Notes under the pieces: generated by a model
Databases searched by the model: none
What the model was told of the DNA's origin: nothing
The model's input: only the letters and a program-made list of their open reading frames with translations
Shown here: in pieces, positions 11,599-24,800 of the stretch
Layout of the letters: each line of letters opens with the position of its first letter
How positions within the stretch are numbered: the first letter of the stretch is position 1
Assembly: GCA_000708835.1 (NCBI GenBank)
Contig: DF237026.1
Coordinates: 62,001-126,000, forward strand
DNA: 64,000 nt
Source: Klebsormidium nitens
Lineage: Eukaryota; Plantae; Klebsormidiophyceae
Direction: 5' to 3'
Program-made: the position numbers and the translations under genes

Positions 11599-14500
11599 TT
11601 AAACGAGACTCACAGCGCCAGTTGTCCCAGCAGTCATCTTCCTGCCTAGTTCACTGAGCTGGCCGAGGAACTCCGTTGCCGTCAGCATTTCCGTGGCTCC
11701 GTACAAGATGTTCTTCTGCGGCTGCGACTTGCTGGCGAGCTCTTGCAAGCCCTGGTGCTCAAGGTAGTTCCCTCCCCCGACCATGAACACAATGGCCTCC
11801 TTGAACGGCCCCCGGTTCCGCACGGCCGCGTCAGCCCCGCCCCCTTTCGGGCCCCGTGGATCCAGAAACAAATACTGCTCCGTTTCGGACCCCGGCTTGG
11901 CCTCCATCAACCCTTCCACCGCTCGCGTCAGCGCCAGCTGTCGTCCGCTCGACAGCAAGTTCTTCACCCCAGCAGTGACCGCACTGATGCTCTGCCCGTA
12001 CAGCTTATCCGCCCAGTCCAACAGATTCCCTTTGCTCCCGGCGTGCGCTGACGCCAGCTGTACATTCAACGACTTCAGCTTCCTCACGTAATGCAGCGGC
12101 GCTAAGTCCGCCCCCTGTGCGGTCAGCGCCGCCTCGACCGCCTCCAGATCCGCCGCCGGCGTCTGCTCCGTCGCCAACAAGAACATGATCGCCAACCGGA
12201 CTTTGTCCTCCGGCCTGCCCTTCCCGTTGATCGCCCCGAGGAGCGCCGCCCGCTCCGCCGTCCCCTTAGCCACCATCTCTTCCTCCGCTAGGTAAAAGCC
12301 GTCGATCCCTCGGTCCCGGATCTCGTGCAGGAGCGCCGTCGCGATGTTGGTGTGCTTGTCGATGTTGCGCTTGCGTTCCGTCAGCTCCGGGAGAGACCCG
12401 ACCGCCGCCATCAGGTGCTTCGTGTTGCCCTGCAGGTCCTCGTCTGTAATCTCCCCGACCTGTCATACGGAAAGCGAAGAGTAAGAAAGCACGTAATGGG
12501 TCTTTGAACCCTCTGTTGACTTCCTGGGTGACTCTGGAGTACAAGCGCAAATAGAGGGGAAAGACTCTCAGGTGCTTCCTCCGAGTTAATGCCAACACTT
12601 GCGGTATCCATGTAGGGTCCGCAGAGAGCGTTCAATTTAAGTGGACTCTTCCCGGAAACGAACAATAGTTTCCCTAGTCGGCCCCGCCAAGGACCCTCTG
12701 ATTGCTCAAACCTTACGAACTTGGAGCACCTTCCGTTTTCTGCCCGTAATCCATCACTTTTACACTATGAATGCGAGCTCCTGCTTTGAAAGTCATATGC
12801 AGACAGTGTTCGCAACATCAGAACGGGACCAAAAGAACAACAGTCTGCAGAAGCCAGCAAACTGCATGAATCAGAGCCTCCGAACATGGACAATCAGAAC
12901 AAATGGCCGTCTTGATCGTGCAATTGACATGCCCAGCATCCGACCTCACGGGCCAAACCTGCTGGGCTTTAAGTTGATATAGAAGGGAGACGATTGGGAA
13001 ATGCTTGTGAGGTGAGGCGTTCCTGACCTGCTGCCCGCTCGTCCGCTTGTTCACCTCCTCAATATCCTTCTTATACTTCGCCAGCTGGACCTCCACCTCC
13101 TCTGCCACTTTCGGGAACGTCGCTCCCCCGTTCGCCACCCAAAAGGGATCCCCCTCGTCCAACTCGAACGACTTCTGCGGCTTCCGCCCAAGCGACGGCA
13201 CCCCTCCGGCCGCCCCAGGTTCTGCGCTGACCACCACCCGGTTGAGCTTTAATCCCAGCACGTCGTGCACGAGCGGCCGGTACGTGAACACGTGTTGCAC
13301 CGCGACTCCGAGCTCGAAGTTGCGATCGAAGAGACACAGGAGCGGTCGTTGGAAGCTGCTCGCCAGCTGGCTTGGCTCGGAGAAGAGGTTGTTGCGCGAG
13401 ACGAGGTGGTCCCGCAACCGCGCGTCTAGCTGCGTGGCGACCATCTCGGCGGGGCCCCCCTGCGGACACCGGATGATCGGTACGACGCCGAGCGTTGCCA
13501 GCACGGAGAAGAGCCCACTCACAATGCCCTCGACTGCGGCTTCCACGTCCTTGTCCTGAGCGGTGGGGTCGTTCAGCTGGAGGTATACGAGCGGCTGCGC
13601 GAGGGAGAACATGGTGCTCTCGAGCGCCACGAACTCGAGGTACTGGTCGTAGACTTTGGCGATCCGGTGGAGCGACTCGGTTTTGATGCACGCCGACGCG
13701 AGCTCTTCCAGCAGGGGGCGGGGGAGGGAAGAGACGAAGTTGAGGTGCACGTTGTCGTACACCCCCCTGGCAAGATCCTGGCCGATCCGCTGGATGTTCT
13801 GGGGGATTGGTTGGACAAAATACACGGCCGGGGCGTCGGGGATGCTTTGCCGTTCCTGGTCGATCATGAGATGGAGTGTGATGCCGTGCTTGCGCAAGTC
13901 ACTGACGCGCAGCAGGGGGGAGATGATGTCACGGCAGAAGCGGTCCAAGATGAGCACCTTGTAGACCTCTTCGTCGGCGGTGCCGCTTGCGCCGACTGCT
14001 GCATTCAGGTTCAGCATGCGCACGACAGCATCTGCAAAGAGGAGGGGAATTCACTCAGGAAAAGTGTTGAGTGCCGGAAGAAATGTGTCTGATCTCAAGA
14101 TCACATATTGTATTCAAAAGGGGGGCAACTGCAGTGTTTGAATTCAGCATACGAACGACAGCGTCTGCAAGAAGGAGGGGGAACAATGAAGTGGAGAGGT
14201 TCACATGAAAGAAGATTTTGTGATATGAAAAATCACCGCTGAATGCAAGTAGGGGGAAGGAAGAAGAATGTTGCAGAAATATTCTGATGTCAACAAGCAG
14301 CTTCACTTGGATAATCTTAGGATGGTTCTCGCATGATGCGCAAAAAGCTTCTCGGAGAAGGATGCTCTAGCAGCGACAAGATGTAGCAGAGACACATGAG
14401 CGCTATCAGCTTTGCCCAAGTATCAATACAACCAAGTTGGACAACGCAGGGACCAGAGTGTTGCTTGCACAACTCTATTCTCATTTGTCTTTTGATCCAT

Positions 14501-15101
14501 GATGTACCAGCTAATGATACGACATAATAGTAATCCATGCCGTTCAGAGCTGCCGCGACACAAAGAGACTTGACGAAGTCTGCAAAATGCTTGGCATAGC
14601 ACTGATTCCTGAGCGGAATGCAGAAACCAGAGGTGCAGATTAGGGTTCCTGCTGACCACAAACTGCCCTTGATCGGGCAATCAATCCAATAATCAACACG
14701 ATCACAAAAGCGCATTACCTACCAACTTCGATTCAAGAGTATCGGATATGCTTAGATCCGTGTTCTTCAGCAGATTGACTCTATCCATGGTCACTGTCCG
14801 TCAATGTATAGCTCAAGCTTATACTGGATCCAAAAGTCTGTTGCTCAAACAAAGCGAAGACCATCTCACTCAAATCCACTCAAATTCAATCCGGCCAGAT
14901 TTCTACAAGACATCTGTAATTAATGTATCTATGAGCTCGGATCAAAGCGCCAGCAAGACAACTTGGAGGCTTGCAAAGTAACACCCTGCAATCATTCTCC
15001 AGAGAACAAAAACACTTGATGGGTGTCTAAGAGAGACAAAATACGAGGAATATAAAAGAGGCTTTCTCACCTATCTGCTTTATCTTGACATTGAGGAACA
15101 T
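11599..15101 (-). CDS. SLY1: Sec1/Munc18-family ER-Golgi transport protein SLY1; exons 15071-15101, 13028-14031, 11599-12459
   Basis: MFLNVKIKQIDAVVRMLNLN...EEVYKVLILDRFCRDIISPLLRVSDLRKHGITLHLMID, DQYLEFVALE, LFDRNFEL, KHTNIATALL and FMVGGGNYLE match plant SLY1. Splice phases are consistent. An in-frame alternative ATG lies at 15125. Confidence 0.95.
14124..14185 (-). repeat. Duplicate of the SLY1 exon-2 acceptor and first ~13 codons, within intron 1
   Basis: On the minus strand, ccccctccttcttgcag|acgctgtcgttcgtatgctgaattcaaacactgcagt mirrors the real cccctcctctttgcag|atgctgtcgtgcgcatgctgaacctgaatgcagcagt. Confidence 0.85.
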
Positions 15102-15125
15102 TTGCGACCCCAGCAGATGTGCCAT

Positions 15126-15896
15126 GCTGCCCCCTGAGCCTACTCACAACCCTCAAGGAAGTAGGCGCACAATCTGAGCCGGCCTCTGCTTTCAGTGCAA
15201 CACTAGTAGATGTAAGTGAGGAGGTCCTGCTGCTCTCAACCAGTTCATGAGCATCGTCAGCGCTTGCGTCAGACCGACGCAGACAGATCTGCGTTCAGAC
15301 TTGCCCCGCCTTGCCTGCTACTCCAATCTAGACAAGGTTTTGGATGAAAGACCTTGCCTCCAAATCTGCATTCCCCCTAGATTGCGCCCTTATGGCAGCT
15401 CCAAAACCTGGGCTTGCATCTGCCTGCAGGCTGCAGCTCCCTAGCAAGCTCTGCTGGCACAGCTTACCGATCTGGTTCGATCAACGTGCTTGAAACAGGG
15501 GGGAGGCGAGATCAGCACATGGCAGTACGTGGTCTGCCCGCGGAATACCTTCAGACTGAAACTTGGGGAATTTCGAACTTCGGGGGGGTGTTTCGGAAAC
15601 CGCTCTGCTCAGAGCTGAGAACTTTGGGGGGTCCCCTTCGAGCCTTGCCTGGGCAAAAACTTCAAATTTTATAAGCGCTCCTTTGTCTGGGCAAAACCCT
15701 GTGTAAGACGGCCATTCTTTGCGTGAGAGCTTGGCGACTTCAGGGGCCTGTTGGAGGTGCAAGAAGGAAAGTGGCACCGGCACTAGCACCAGCACCTTTA
15801 AGGATGCTCGTGCCCTATCTCTCGTTCGTGCGTGTTCCCCTCAGAAGGCCCTGAAGCGAACTTTGTGCCAGATACCGGTAGCACAAAAGAGGTCTT
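15126..15896. promoter_or_regulatory. Probable bidirectional promoter between SLY1 and the propeller gene
   Basis: The start codons lie head-to-head about 0.8 kb apart. No specific cis-elements were identified. Confidence 0.45.
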
Positions 15897-18800
15897 ATGA
15901 TGGCGGAGACACAGAGCAACCACTCCTACCTGGTGAAGACGGTCCTTAAGGGCACTGCAGTGCAGCATGCGGTGGCGGGGTCCTTCACTGGTCCGGGCGC
16001 CTCTGAAGTTGTTCTTGCAAAAGTAAGGCTCCTGCTTCTTTTCTATAATCATGCTTGACATGTTCTATCAGAAATTGAGCAGGCACAAAATGATGAAGCT
16101 TCTGTGTTGTGTTCAGGAGATGTCATGTGCTTGCTTGTGTGAACCAGCGCTTGCTGACAGGTTCAAAAAACAACTATGTGACAGTACGGATTGTCCCTGA
16201 GAGTTTAGATTCCTTATAAACAAGGCGTGCTTGCTGCATGCTGCAATCTGTGTCCTGTCCGATGCGCCAAATGACTTTTGCACAAACCTCTGCTGGAGAG
16301 GGCTGTTAGCCCCTCTTTGCCCATCCTCCGGCCCCTAAGCCAATCGTATTTGTCACTTGGTCAGAATACACAGAATGGTAGCATTCACTGCTGCACTTGA
16401 GTGTCAGGGAGGAGTTGTTTTTCCTGCCAGACGCTTGGTGGATTTCCTACTTTCTCTGAAATCATCCCTCCTTTGAAGCCCCAACTCGTGTGCTTCTTCA
16501 AGCTTGATGTCTTGATTCCCAGCTACAGCGATAAAGAGCCATCAGAGCTGGCATAGGTATCCCAGGATGATTCCCTGTCACAAAGCATTACAGTTTGACT
16601 CTTTACCCACTGCTGGGGATGTAGCTGACACAAGCGTATTGCAGCTTCTACTGCAGTTGAAGGTGGTCAGTATTCACTTTCTTTTCATTGAACAGAAGAC
16701 CAGGAAGTGAAAGTGGTGACTTTGACAGACGGCCAGGGAATGAAGGTTTAAACCTGTCGCCCTGTGATTGGGGCACTGGCATTATGCGTTTGCCGAAGGA
16801 CGTTGATCGGTTCTTATTGCAGAGGTGCCAACTATCTGCTGTTTAACCCTCCCTTACTAACAGACCTCCGCTGCACCCCTGGGGCTCATGAGCATCTACT
16901 TTGTGCATGGGGCCTACTTTTCTTCTGACTTTTTGGCCTCCCGACACAAAATCAACATGCACAACTTTTTCAAACCTTTGAGAATTTTGACAAAAGTCTA
17001 GATAAAGAATTCTTCTGGACTTCGAATTCCGGTTGCTGTCTGAATACTCCGACCCTTGCCGGGCCCTCAAGACTCTTCATCCAATCTCATACGACCACTG
17101 AAGCTCGTGACCCATGATCTGCGGTTTCTACCATTCACGGGGCTCCTTGAATGATCTTATCTGTAAATGGGGGGGGCGTTAGAAGTCCCCCTCTCACTCC
17201 TTTTACTGCTTTCAAAAGAATGAATCCTCCATTTGATAATTCCCAACCATCAACGACGTTTAGGGCGAGTCAACTAAGATCACATGGAAAGAACTGGAGC
17301 TTGCCCTTTCCGAGCGCCCGTTTTCTGGAACGCACAGAACTTGTCAACACCGCAGATTATTCCCAAAAGCTGGTCGTCTTCACGTTACAGGGGACCACTT
17401 TGGTTGTTGTCCCTGTTATCTCAACGCCCTGTTGTCAGGATTTCACCAACAGGTGGTTCAACCACCCCAAACTGACCCCAAACTCACAGTCTTTGCAACA
17501 TTGCAGAGAAACATCTTTAGACCTTCTTTTCATAATCAGCAGCCTTTCATGAGGAATCTACAGACAACTTCTCAGCAACCCAGACCAACTCAAATCAACT
17601 GGTTTCTCCCACATTACAGGGGACCATTCTGGAGCTTGTCGTCCCTGCAGAAGACGGCTCCCTAGTCACATTGTGCGAGCAGTCCATCTTCGGAGCGATC
17701 CTCAACGCTCAGCTTCTGCCATGGAGTGATGCCTTCCACAGCGCCTTGCTGCCAGCCTCGCTGCTGGGGTGCGACCTTCTAGTTCTCCTGTCTGACTCGA
17801 GCGACCTCGCCTTCGTTGGGTTCGACAAGGATGCGCACCGGTGAGTGTCAAAACGTTTGGTGGTTCGCTGTTAGATCTGAGTAGGCGTGCATGCGGAGTT
17901 GCAAACGTCGTGAGGAAGGTCGCAAGAGACTCGATCGGAAATTTATTCTCGTCTTTGTCGTATTTGACGAGCCGCTGCGTGCTGACTATCCGAAATATGT
18001 GAATGCTCGATTGGCTGGTCATTGAAAGGTGAGAGTCAACAAGCGGTCCTTAACAATCTAATGACCTCACGCCTTTTCATCAGAAACACATTGTCTTTCT
18101 TGAAAAATATCGAAACACACGCCATGGTTTCGAGCTCTTTGACCAAGAAGACCATCATGCGTAGGATCCAATTGTATCAGCCTCAAGTTTCGGCATCCTA
18201 TTTGCCCGAAAACTGCTCATCTCTTTCTCGAGGGACTCCAGCCGTGCCAAAGTGACGACTCGCATGTCGAAAGAGGTCCCATCTTCTACTCCAGCCGCTT
18301 GCTCTTGGCGGGGCCGCTAGTATTATGTGACCGCCTGTTCTCGTGCAGGTTCGTTAGCAGGGGAAGGCTGGACCTGCCGAACGACCAAGTCTCCGTCCGC
18401 AGCTCCCGCGCTGCCGCATTTGCTGCTCGTTCACACTTGACGCCATCCATTCCACTTTCTCAGATCAGTCACTTTGTGAAAAAGACCCTAATATCGTATG
18501 ATTTGTTCGCTTTTTTTTCTTGCAGGTTCGTCAGCGTAGGAAGGTTGGACCTCCTAACCGAGGGCTTCTCCCGAATATCGCTCCCCATGCTGGGCAATAC
18601 GGCTTCGTCCATACCTCACGCTTCTACCCAGAATCTCACACCTATCATACTTTTGGACATCAGTCAGTGATAGGAACAGCCTCTCATCTGCTTCCTTGCA
18701 GGTTTTCAGCCTGGGAAGGGTGGACCTCCAAAACCAAGGGTTCTCAAGGACGCGGCTCCCTGAGCTGCCGGCATTGCTCTTCTTCCACTTCCATTGCTGT

Positions 18801-21800
18801 CACCGTGACCCACTATCTCACGTCAGCCAGTAACTTGAAATAATCTCGGTAGATAGTTATTTAATATCTTAAACCTCAATAAACCGAACTCAAATAATTC
18901 AAATAACTCAAATTCCACCGCTCGCTTTCTTGCAGGTTTGTCAGCGTGGGAAGGGTGGACCTGCAAAACGAGGGGTTCTCCCGAACGCGGCTCCCGGCGC
19001 TACTCGCGGTGGATACCGCGGGCCGAGCGGTGGCCATCGCAGCGGCGGCGGAGCACCTGGCGCTGTTCCATGCGTCACCGATGGCCGGAGCGAAGATCAT
19101 GGAAGGGGTGCGTCGTGTATACTGAAATTGTCTGGAGGCGTGAAGTTTTTTGTATAGGTTACTGCGGTTCTAGCTGCTTGATCTGAGATGAATGCTTAAG
19201 CCGTTTCCGCGGCGGCAGAGCACCTGGCGCTGTTCCACGCGTCGCCAATGGCCGGAGCGAGAATCGTGGAAGAGGTGGGTCCGGTAAATTCAAAACTGTC
19301 TATATGCGTGAACATTGTTTTGTCTACTTTAGCGCGATATGAGCGGCTCAATTAGCCGAAAAAGAAAGAAAAGAGTACCGTTGCTGCGGTGGCAGAGCAT
19401 CTGGCGCTGTTCCACGCTTCGCCGATGGCGGGGGCAGCATTAACCAAAGGGGTGGGTCGTGTCCTGTCAGACCAAACACTGTTCGAGGGTGTTATGATTG
19501 TTCAGTAAGAAGTAAAGAAGTGCGACCAAAACGAACCGCTTTGCTGACCCCATCATTGCCGCTGGCGCAGGCACTTCCGAATGCTTCTCCGCCTGGCGTG
19601 GGCCATCAGAGCTGGGATGCGATCGTCAGCATGGCGTTCGTGCGGCCGTCCGCTGACGACACTGATAACGGGGTCCTCAAACTGGCCGTCATCGTTCGGA
19701 GGTGTGAAATCGGGCTGCTCCATCTGAAGTCAAGTATTTGAGCCGTAGCAATTACCTCTTCTAAAATGCACTCACAAGGTTGACAAGTTTTGCTAACGTC
19801 GTGAACGAGCCAATCGTGACAGTTTCTAAGTCATGCTGAAGTCGCTGGTGTAGGTCATTCGGCAGGAACGACACTCCCAGCCACCAAGTCCTGACCGCTC
19901 TGTTCGTTCCTGTTGCTGACGTCATCACACCTTCTGAACCGCAGGGACGCCACGAAGTCCTGATCCTTCTCAAACGAAAGCCAGACCTCGACGCTTAGAT
20001 CGGTCTGTTTCGTCCTCGCTGCTGACATCATCAGGCCTTCTGAGTTGCCAAAACGGGTCTGTATGCTTTCACTGCTGACGTCATCGGATCTTGTGAAACG
20101 CAGGGACGACACCCCGGGCCACGAAGTCCTCATTCTTTTCCACGACACCCGCGACCGCAGCACGCACCTCTGGGCGCGACTCCCGCCCTCCGCCAACCTC
20201 TGCCCTTCCTCCGGCAACCTCCTCCCGCTGCTAGTTCTCGCGCCGCCCCACATGTCGGAAACGCTCCTCATTGGCCGGGCCGGCGACCTCATCGCACTGG
20301 ATCTTAGTTTCGAGGGCCCGGTAGTGCGAGCTACATGGAATTTTGACAACGCTTTGGGGCGCAGCGAAGCACCGTATCGAGAACTCGAGTCGCTAGCGTT
20401 CGGTGCATTAGACCTGGCTTCCGACGCTCCGCGCGGGGCCGCGCTGCGGATCCGTTCGGAACGGAACGGAACGGAAGCCGGGTGGGAGCTTGACCTGCGG
20501 TCCCCGGACGCCGAAACAACTAGAGTGGCGAAACGGAGGGTCCGGGTGCGCCCGGGGGATCCCCCCGGGGAGGAGGAGGTGACGTTCGGCGACTGGAACG
20601 ACGCAGACGCCGAGACGGCGGTCGCCCACGAGGGCACCAGCGTCGTGAAAGATGGGCCGTCGATCTGCGCGTGGGCCTGGCGATTCGACGGCTCAGGAAA
20701 GTCGGAAGCCCTAGTCCTCAGTTTCGCTGACGGGGGCCTGCAAACGCTGGAATTCACGAGGCGGCGTGGAGTGGACGGCCCGGATTGGAGGTTTGTGCCG
20801 GGGGGAAGCTGCGATGGTGACACGTGTCGGCCGTGCGGCGCGGTTGCGTGGCTTGGGGGGGATCTCGTGGGGGCGTTTGTAAGGGGGGGGGATGGGCACG
20901 TGATGACAGTGGGGCCGGATCGGGAGATGACGGCGGTTGCGGAGGTTGCAAATGCTGCGCCGATAGTAGACTTTCAGCTGGTAAGATTTAGGACGTCCTT
21001 TGTTCCAGACTTGTTTGGCAAAACGCCGTCAATGTTGGCCCGTGTAACGGTGGTTTGAATCTCTAGTTTGAATCTTTGTGGCTCAGAAAGGATGTAGTCA
21101 GTTGAGAGCACCTGTTCTTCTGACAGTCGACGTTACGAGTTCCGATGGCTTGCTGCGAGGGCTCTCTGGCCATCGCAAGACGTTCTCTTAAAAAGTCCTT
21201 GGATGGGAATTTTAAGATCTACCAAAGAGAGGACGGCTGTCTCAAAAGCGACTTCGACATCCATCCGCCGCGATCGCAGTTATCGCATACTGAGAAATAT
21301 TTGCTCGAATTCGCCACAAACTTCGAACGCAAATAACAGCTTGTCTCGACTGCCCGCCGTAGATCGTTCAGTAACCCATCATTCTTCGCCTTCAGGCTGA
21401 CCACTTCGACGAGAAGCAGGACCAGCTGTTTGCTTGCTGCGGAGACGGCCCCTCCGCCAGTCTACGCGTGATCCGGCCGGGCATAAGCGCCGAGCGCCTA
21501 TTGAGCACCCCGCCCGCTTATAAGGGCGTCGCGGGCGTATGGGCCATGCGCATGTCGGCGAGCGACCCGCACCACTCCTTGCTCGTCATGTCCTTCGTCA
21601 GCGAGACGCGGGTGCTCTCTGTCGGGCTCAGCTTTGATGACGTCACGGTGAGCAGCTTTGGCTTTCCGTTTTTCGCGGTCAAGGCGCTGATTTTATCACC
21701 TACTGGCGTAGCTCTGGCTGTTTTCAAAATCCGAGCGAGGGACTTAAGTGGACGCCTTTCTTTGCCATCTGGCCTATGGAGGTGACGGGTTAGGCTTATC

Positions 21801-24800
21801 CTGAAGCCGGAACTCGGGTCTTTGCTTCTCTTGAAAGTCCCAGCTCCCCCCTTTGGGTGTGACTCAATTGAATCCAAACCGCGTAACTACATGCTCACGT
21901 GCCGTCTTGCACTTCACTCAATGAGACGTTCATGACCAGCCTGAGTGCGGAAGGTTTGGTCGTTTTGGACCGGAACCTTTCCAATTTCGGTCAGGCTGTC
22001 CGAACGCTTTCTTTTTCCGATGCAGGAGTCCGTTGGCTTCCAGCAGAATGCCAGCACGCTGGCCTGCGGCCTTATTATCGACTGCCACGTGGTCCAGATC
22101 TTCGCCCGGGGGGTCAATCTGTGCGCTCCGACAGGTGCAGCGCACCCGTCGGGGATCTACGCCGACCAACCGTACACTGCCACGTGGCGGCCTCCTGACG
22201 GGGCTTGCGTCAGCGTTGGGGCGGTGAGCACCGGACGGGTAGTCGTCGGGCTCTCCCGGCCGAGCGGGCTGGTCATGCTCGGGGTCGAGAAGCGGCCGTC
22301 CGATGGGGGACACGTGGCACTCGTCCAGCTGCAGAGCTGCTCCGTCGGCGCGGAGCTCTCTTGCATCTCGCTACAGGACGCTCCGCGCGCAGGTGACGTC
22401 AGCGCTTCGAAGGATGATGTCAGCGCCTCGCGAGATGACGTTACGGCAGGAGCGCAGTCGTCAGGAGAAGCATCGACGTCCGGCTTGGACTCAGGAAAAA
22501 GCGACGGAAAGGTTTTTGCAAAATTGCGCTTTGCTATGCAAGCGGGCTCCGTGTGCGTCTTGGGGACGTACCGCCCGTCGGTCGAGGTCCGTTCCGCCCT
22601 CCCCGGGGACGGATTCCGGCTGCTGGCGACCGTGTCCCTCACGGCCGGAACGGATTATCAGCAGAGGAACATCTTGTCCGGACTCGGGCTGAGCTCGGAC
22701 GTCCGAAGCTCGGCGGTTCCAACCGCTGGCTGCGTCCCAGAAAGCGTTCTTCTGTCGTTCTTCGACCGGGGGTATCTACTGGTCGGGCTCAGGAATGGAC
22801 TCCTGGCGCGGTACGAGTGGCCGACTGCCCGGTTGGAACCGGCACTGAGTGCTCGGGGCGGCGACTCGTTTGTGCCGGACGGCTTGGGGAGCTGTCCGGT
22901 AGACGACACAGAGACACCGGCAGGTGTCTCAAAAATGGAAACAAAAGCGTCGGAAGAGGGGCTCTTGAAAACAGTGAGCGGGTCGGAGAATGAAGATCTT
23001 ACGGGCGGCCAGCAGGAACTCGGGACAAACGGATTCCGGACAGGCGAAAGGGCTTCCGCCGGATCCGGGGGGTCGGATCGAGATGACCAGGCGGCAAGCA
23101 CGTCCAGCTGTCACGCTGAATTGCCACTCACACTTGAACAAGTCGGGGAGAGGCGCATTGGCAGTGCCCCGGTGTCTCTCATCCCGCTCGCAAACCCAGA
23201 CCCCTTTGGACGTAGTCCAAAAAGCCTTCAACGAGATCCGGATAAGACTGCACGGAATCCGGACGCTATCGGGGTAAAGTCGGACGCCGCCGAACGGATT
23301 CAGTCTGCCGCCGACCGGTATGTGGACGCGGCCGAACGGGATGCGGACGCAACCCCGTGGATTCCGGACGCTGTGGGGCGGGATTTGGACGCTTTTGACG
23401 GCCACAGAAATGGTTTGGACGGGCAAGCGGCGTCCGTTTCCAGCGCATTCGCGGACGTTCTCGTCCTGAGCAATCAGCCGTGGCTCCTGCACCGGTCCCG
23501 ACGTGGGCGCGGCCGCATGATGACGTCACTGCTGTCGCACCCTGCGTCGTCGCACGCGACAGGTGTCAGCTGCCGGGAGTGCCCTCGGGGAATCGTCTTC
23601 ATGACGGACTGTTGCATGCATCTGGTGAGAAATTGGTTTTTCCTTCTTCGGTCTGATTTCAACTCTGCTGCTGCTGTTCGTAGGTTTGGACTCGGGCACC
23701 TGCATGCTCGTGAATGCTGAGTTGTGTATTTATTGCTCGCTGCGCTTGTTTTCCGCCTGCTGAACAGCACGGAGGTGCGAGGCACACAGCTGGAACTCGT
23801 TAACGGAGAATTCCGTTTGGTCCGATGAGACGACATTCCTTGGAACGACTCGGAGGCGACTTGCAAAGCTACTTTCAGAATAATAAAGACACGAGAAAGG
23901 CAATCGCCAACGTGGCATTATTCGTGCGTTGGCCTCTGATTCCCTTGATTAAACTTCCTTGCATAAGACCCTCGTACCGTTCAATTCAGCGGGCCTTGGC
24001 AGGACTTCTGGTTGTGCCTCTCAAGGATTCCTGAAGTTTTTCTCTGAGCGATTTGTTTCATATCTTCCCCAGGTCGAGTTAGACGCCAACCACAAGTCGG
24101 ACGTCCGCACACTGTCCTGCCCGGGCGCCCCTCGGCGCCTTCTCTACCATCCGCCGTCCAAAACCCTCATCGGCGCCGGCACTACCCCGATCGAAAGCCC
24201 CGGGGACCCGCAGAGCTCAATAAGTGCGAACTGCCCGGTAGGAAGCCCCGGGCACTCAAGAAATGTCGTCCATTGCATAGATCCGGACAGTGGGGCGATT
24301 CTCTGTTCGGACCCTGCCTTCCCGCACCCGTCGGAACGCTGCGTCTCGCTCTCGTTATGGCCTTCCGGCGCGGAACAGTACATCGTCGTCGGGACTGCGC
24401 GGAAGTCCGGGGATCCGGCCGACGAAGGGCGGATTCTGGCCTCGCTGCTCGACCCGGAAGCGGAACCGGAGCTGCGGGGCGGTCTGTACATATACCGGCT
24501 CCGCTTTCCCGAGGGGGGATCGTCAAAGGGATCGACGACTACGGAAGAAGCGGCGTCGCTAGTAGAAGAAAAAGTGTACCAAAATGAGTCACATTGGTGG
24601 CTAGGTCCCGTCTCTGTGCGCAACATGCCGGGCCCGGTGCTTGCCACGTGTCAGCTCGCTATCAGTCCGTACGGACGGTCGTACCTGGCGGTCGCTGCGG
24701 GGTGCCACGTGTTCGTGTTTGGGATCACGGGCCGCGCCGGCAGCAATTCCGCTGTAGACGGGACGTCGCGGTTGAAGCTTATGGCAAAGGCGCGAACGAG

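Noticed and set aside
13047-13964. Multiple overlapping ORFs on both strands
   Set aside because: These are shadow ORFs of the GC-rich SLY1 exon. The same applies to ORFs antisense to the propeller, transporter and RPS23 exons.
16566-16628. Possible box C/D snoRNA (GATGATT...CTGA) in propeller-gene intron 1
   Set aside because: Imperfect C box, no terminal stem and no rRNA complementarity that I could recognise.
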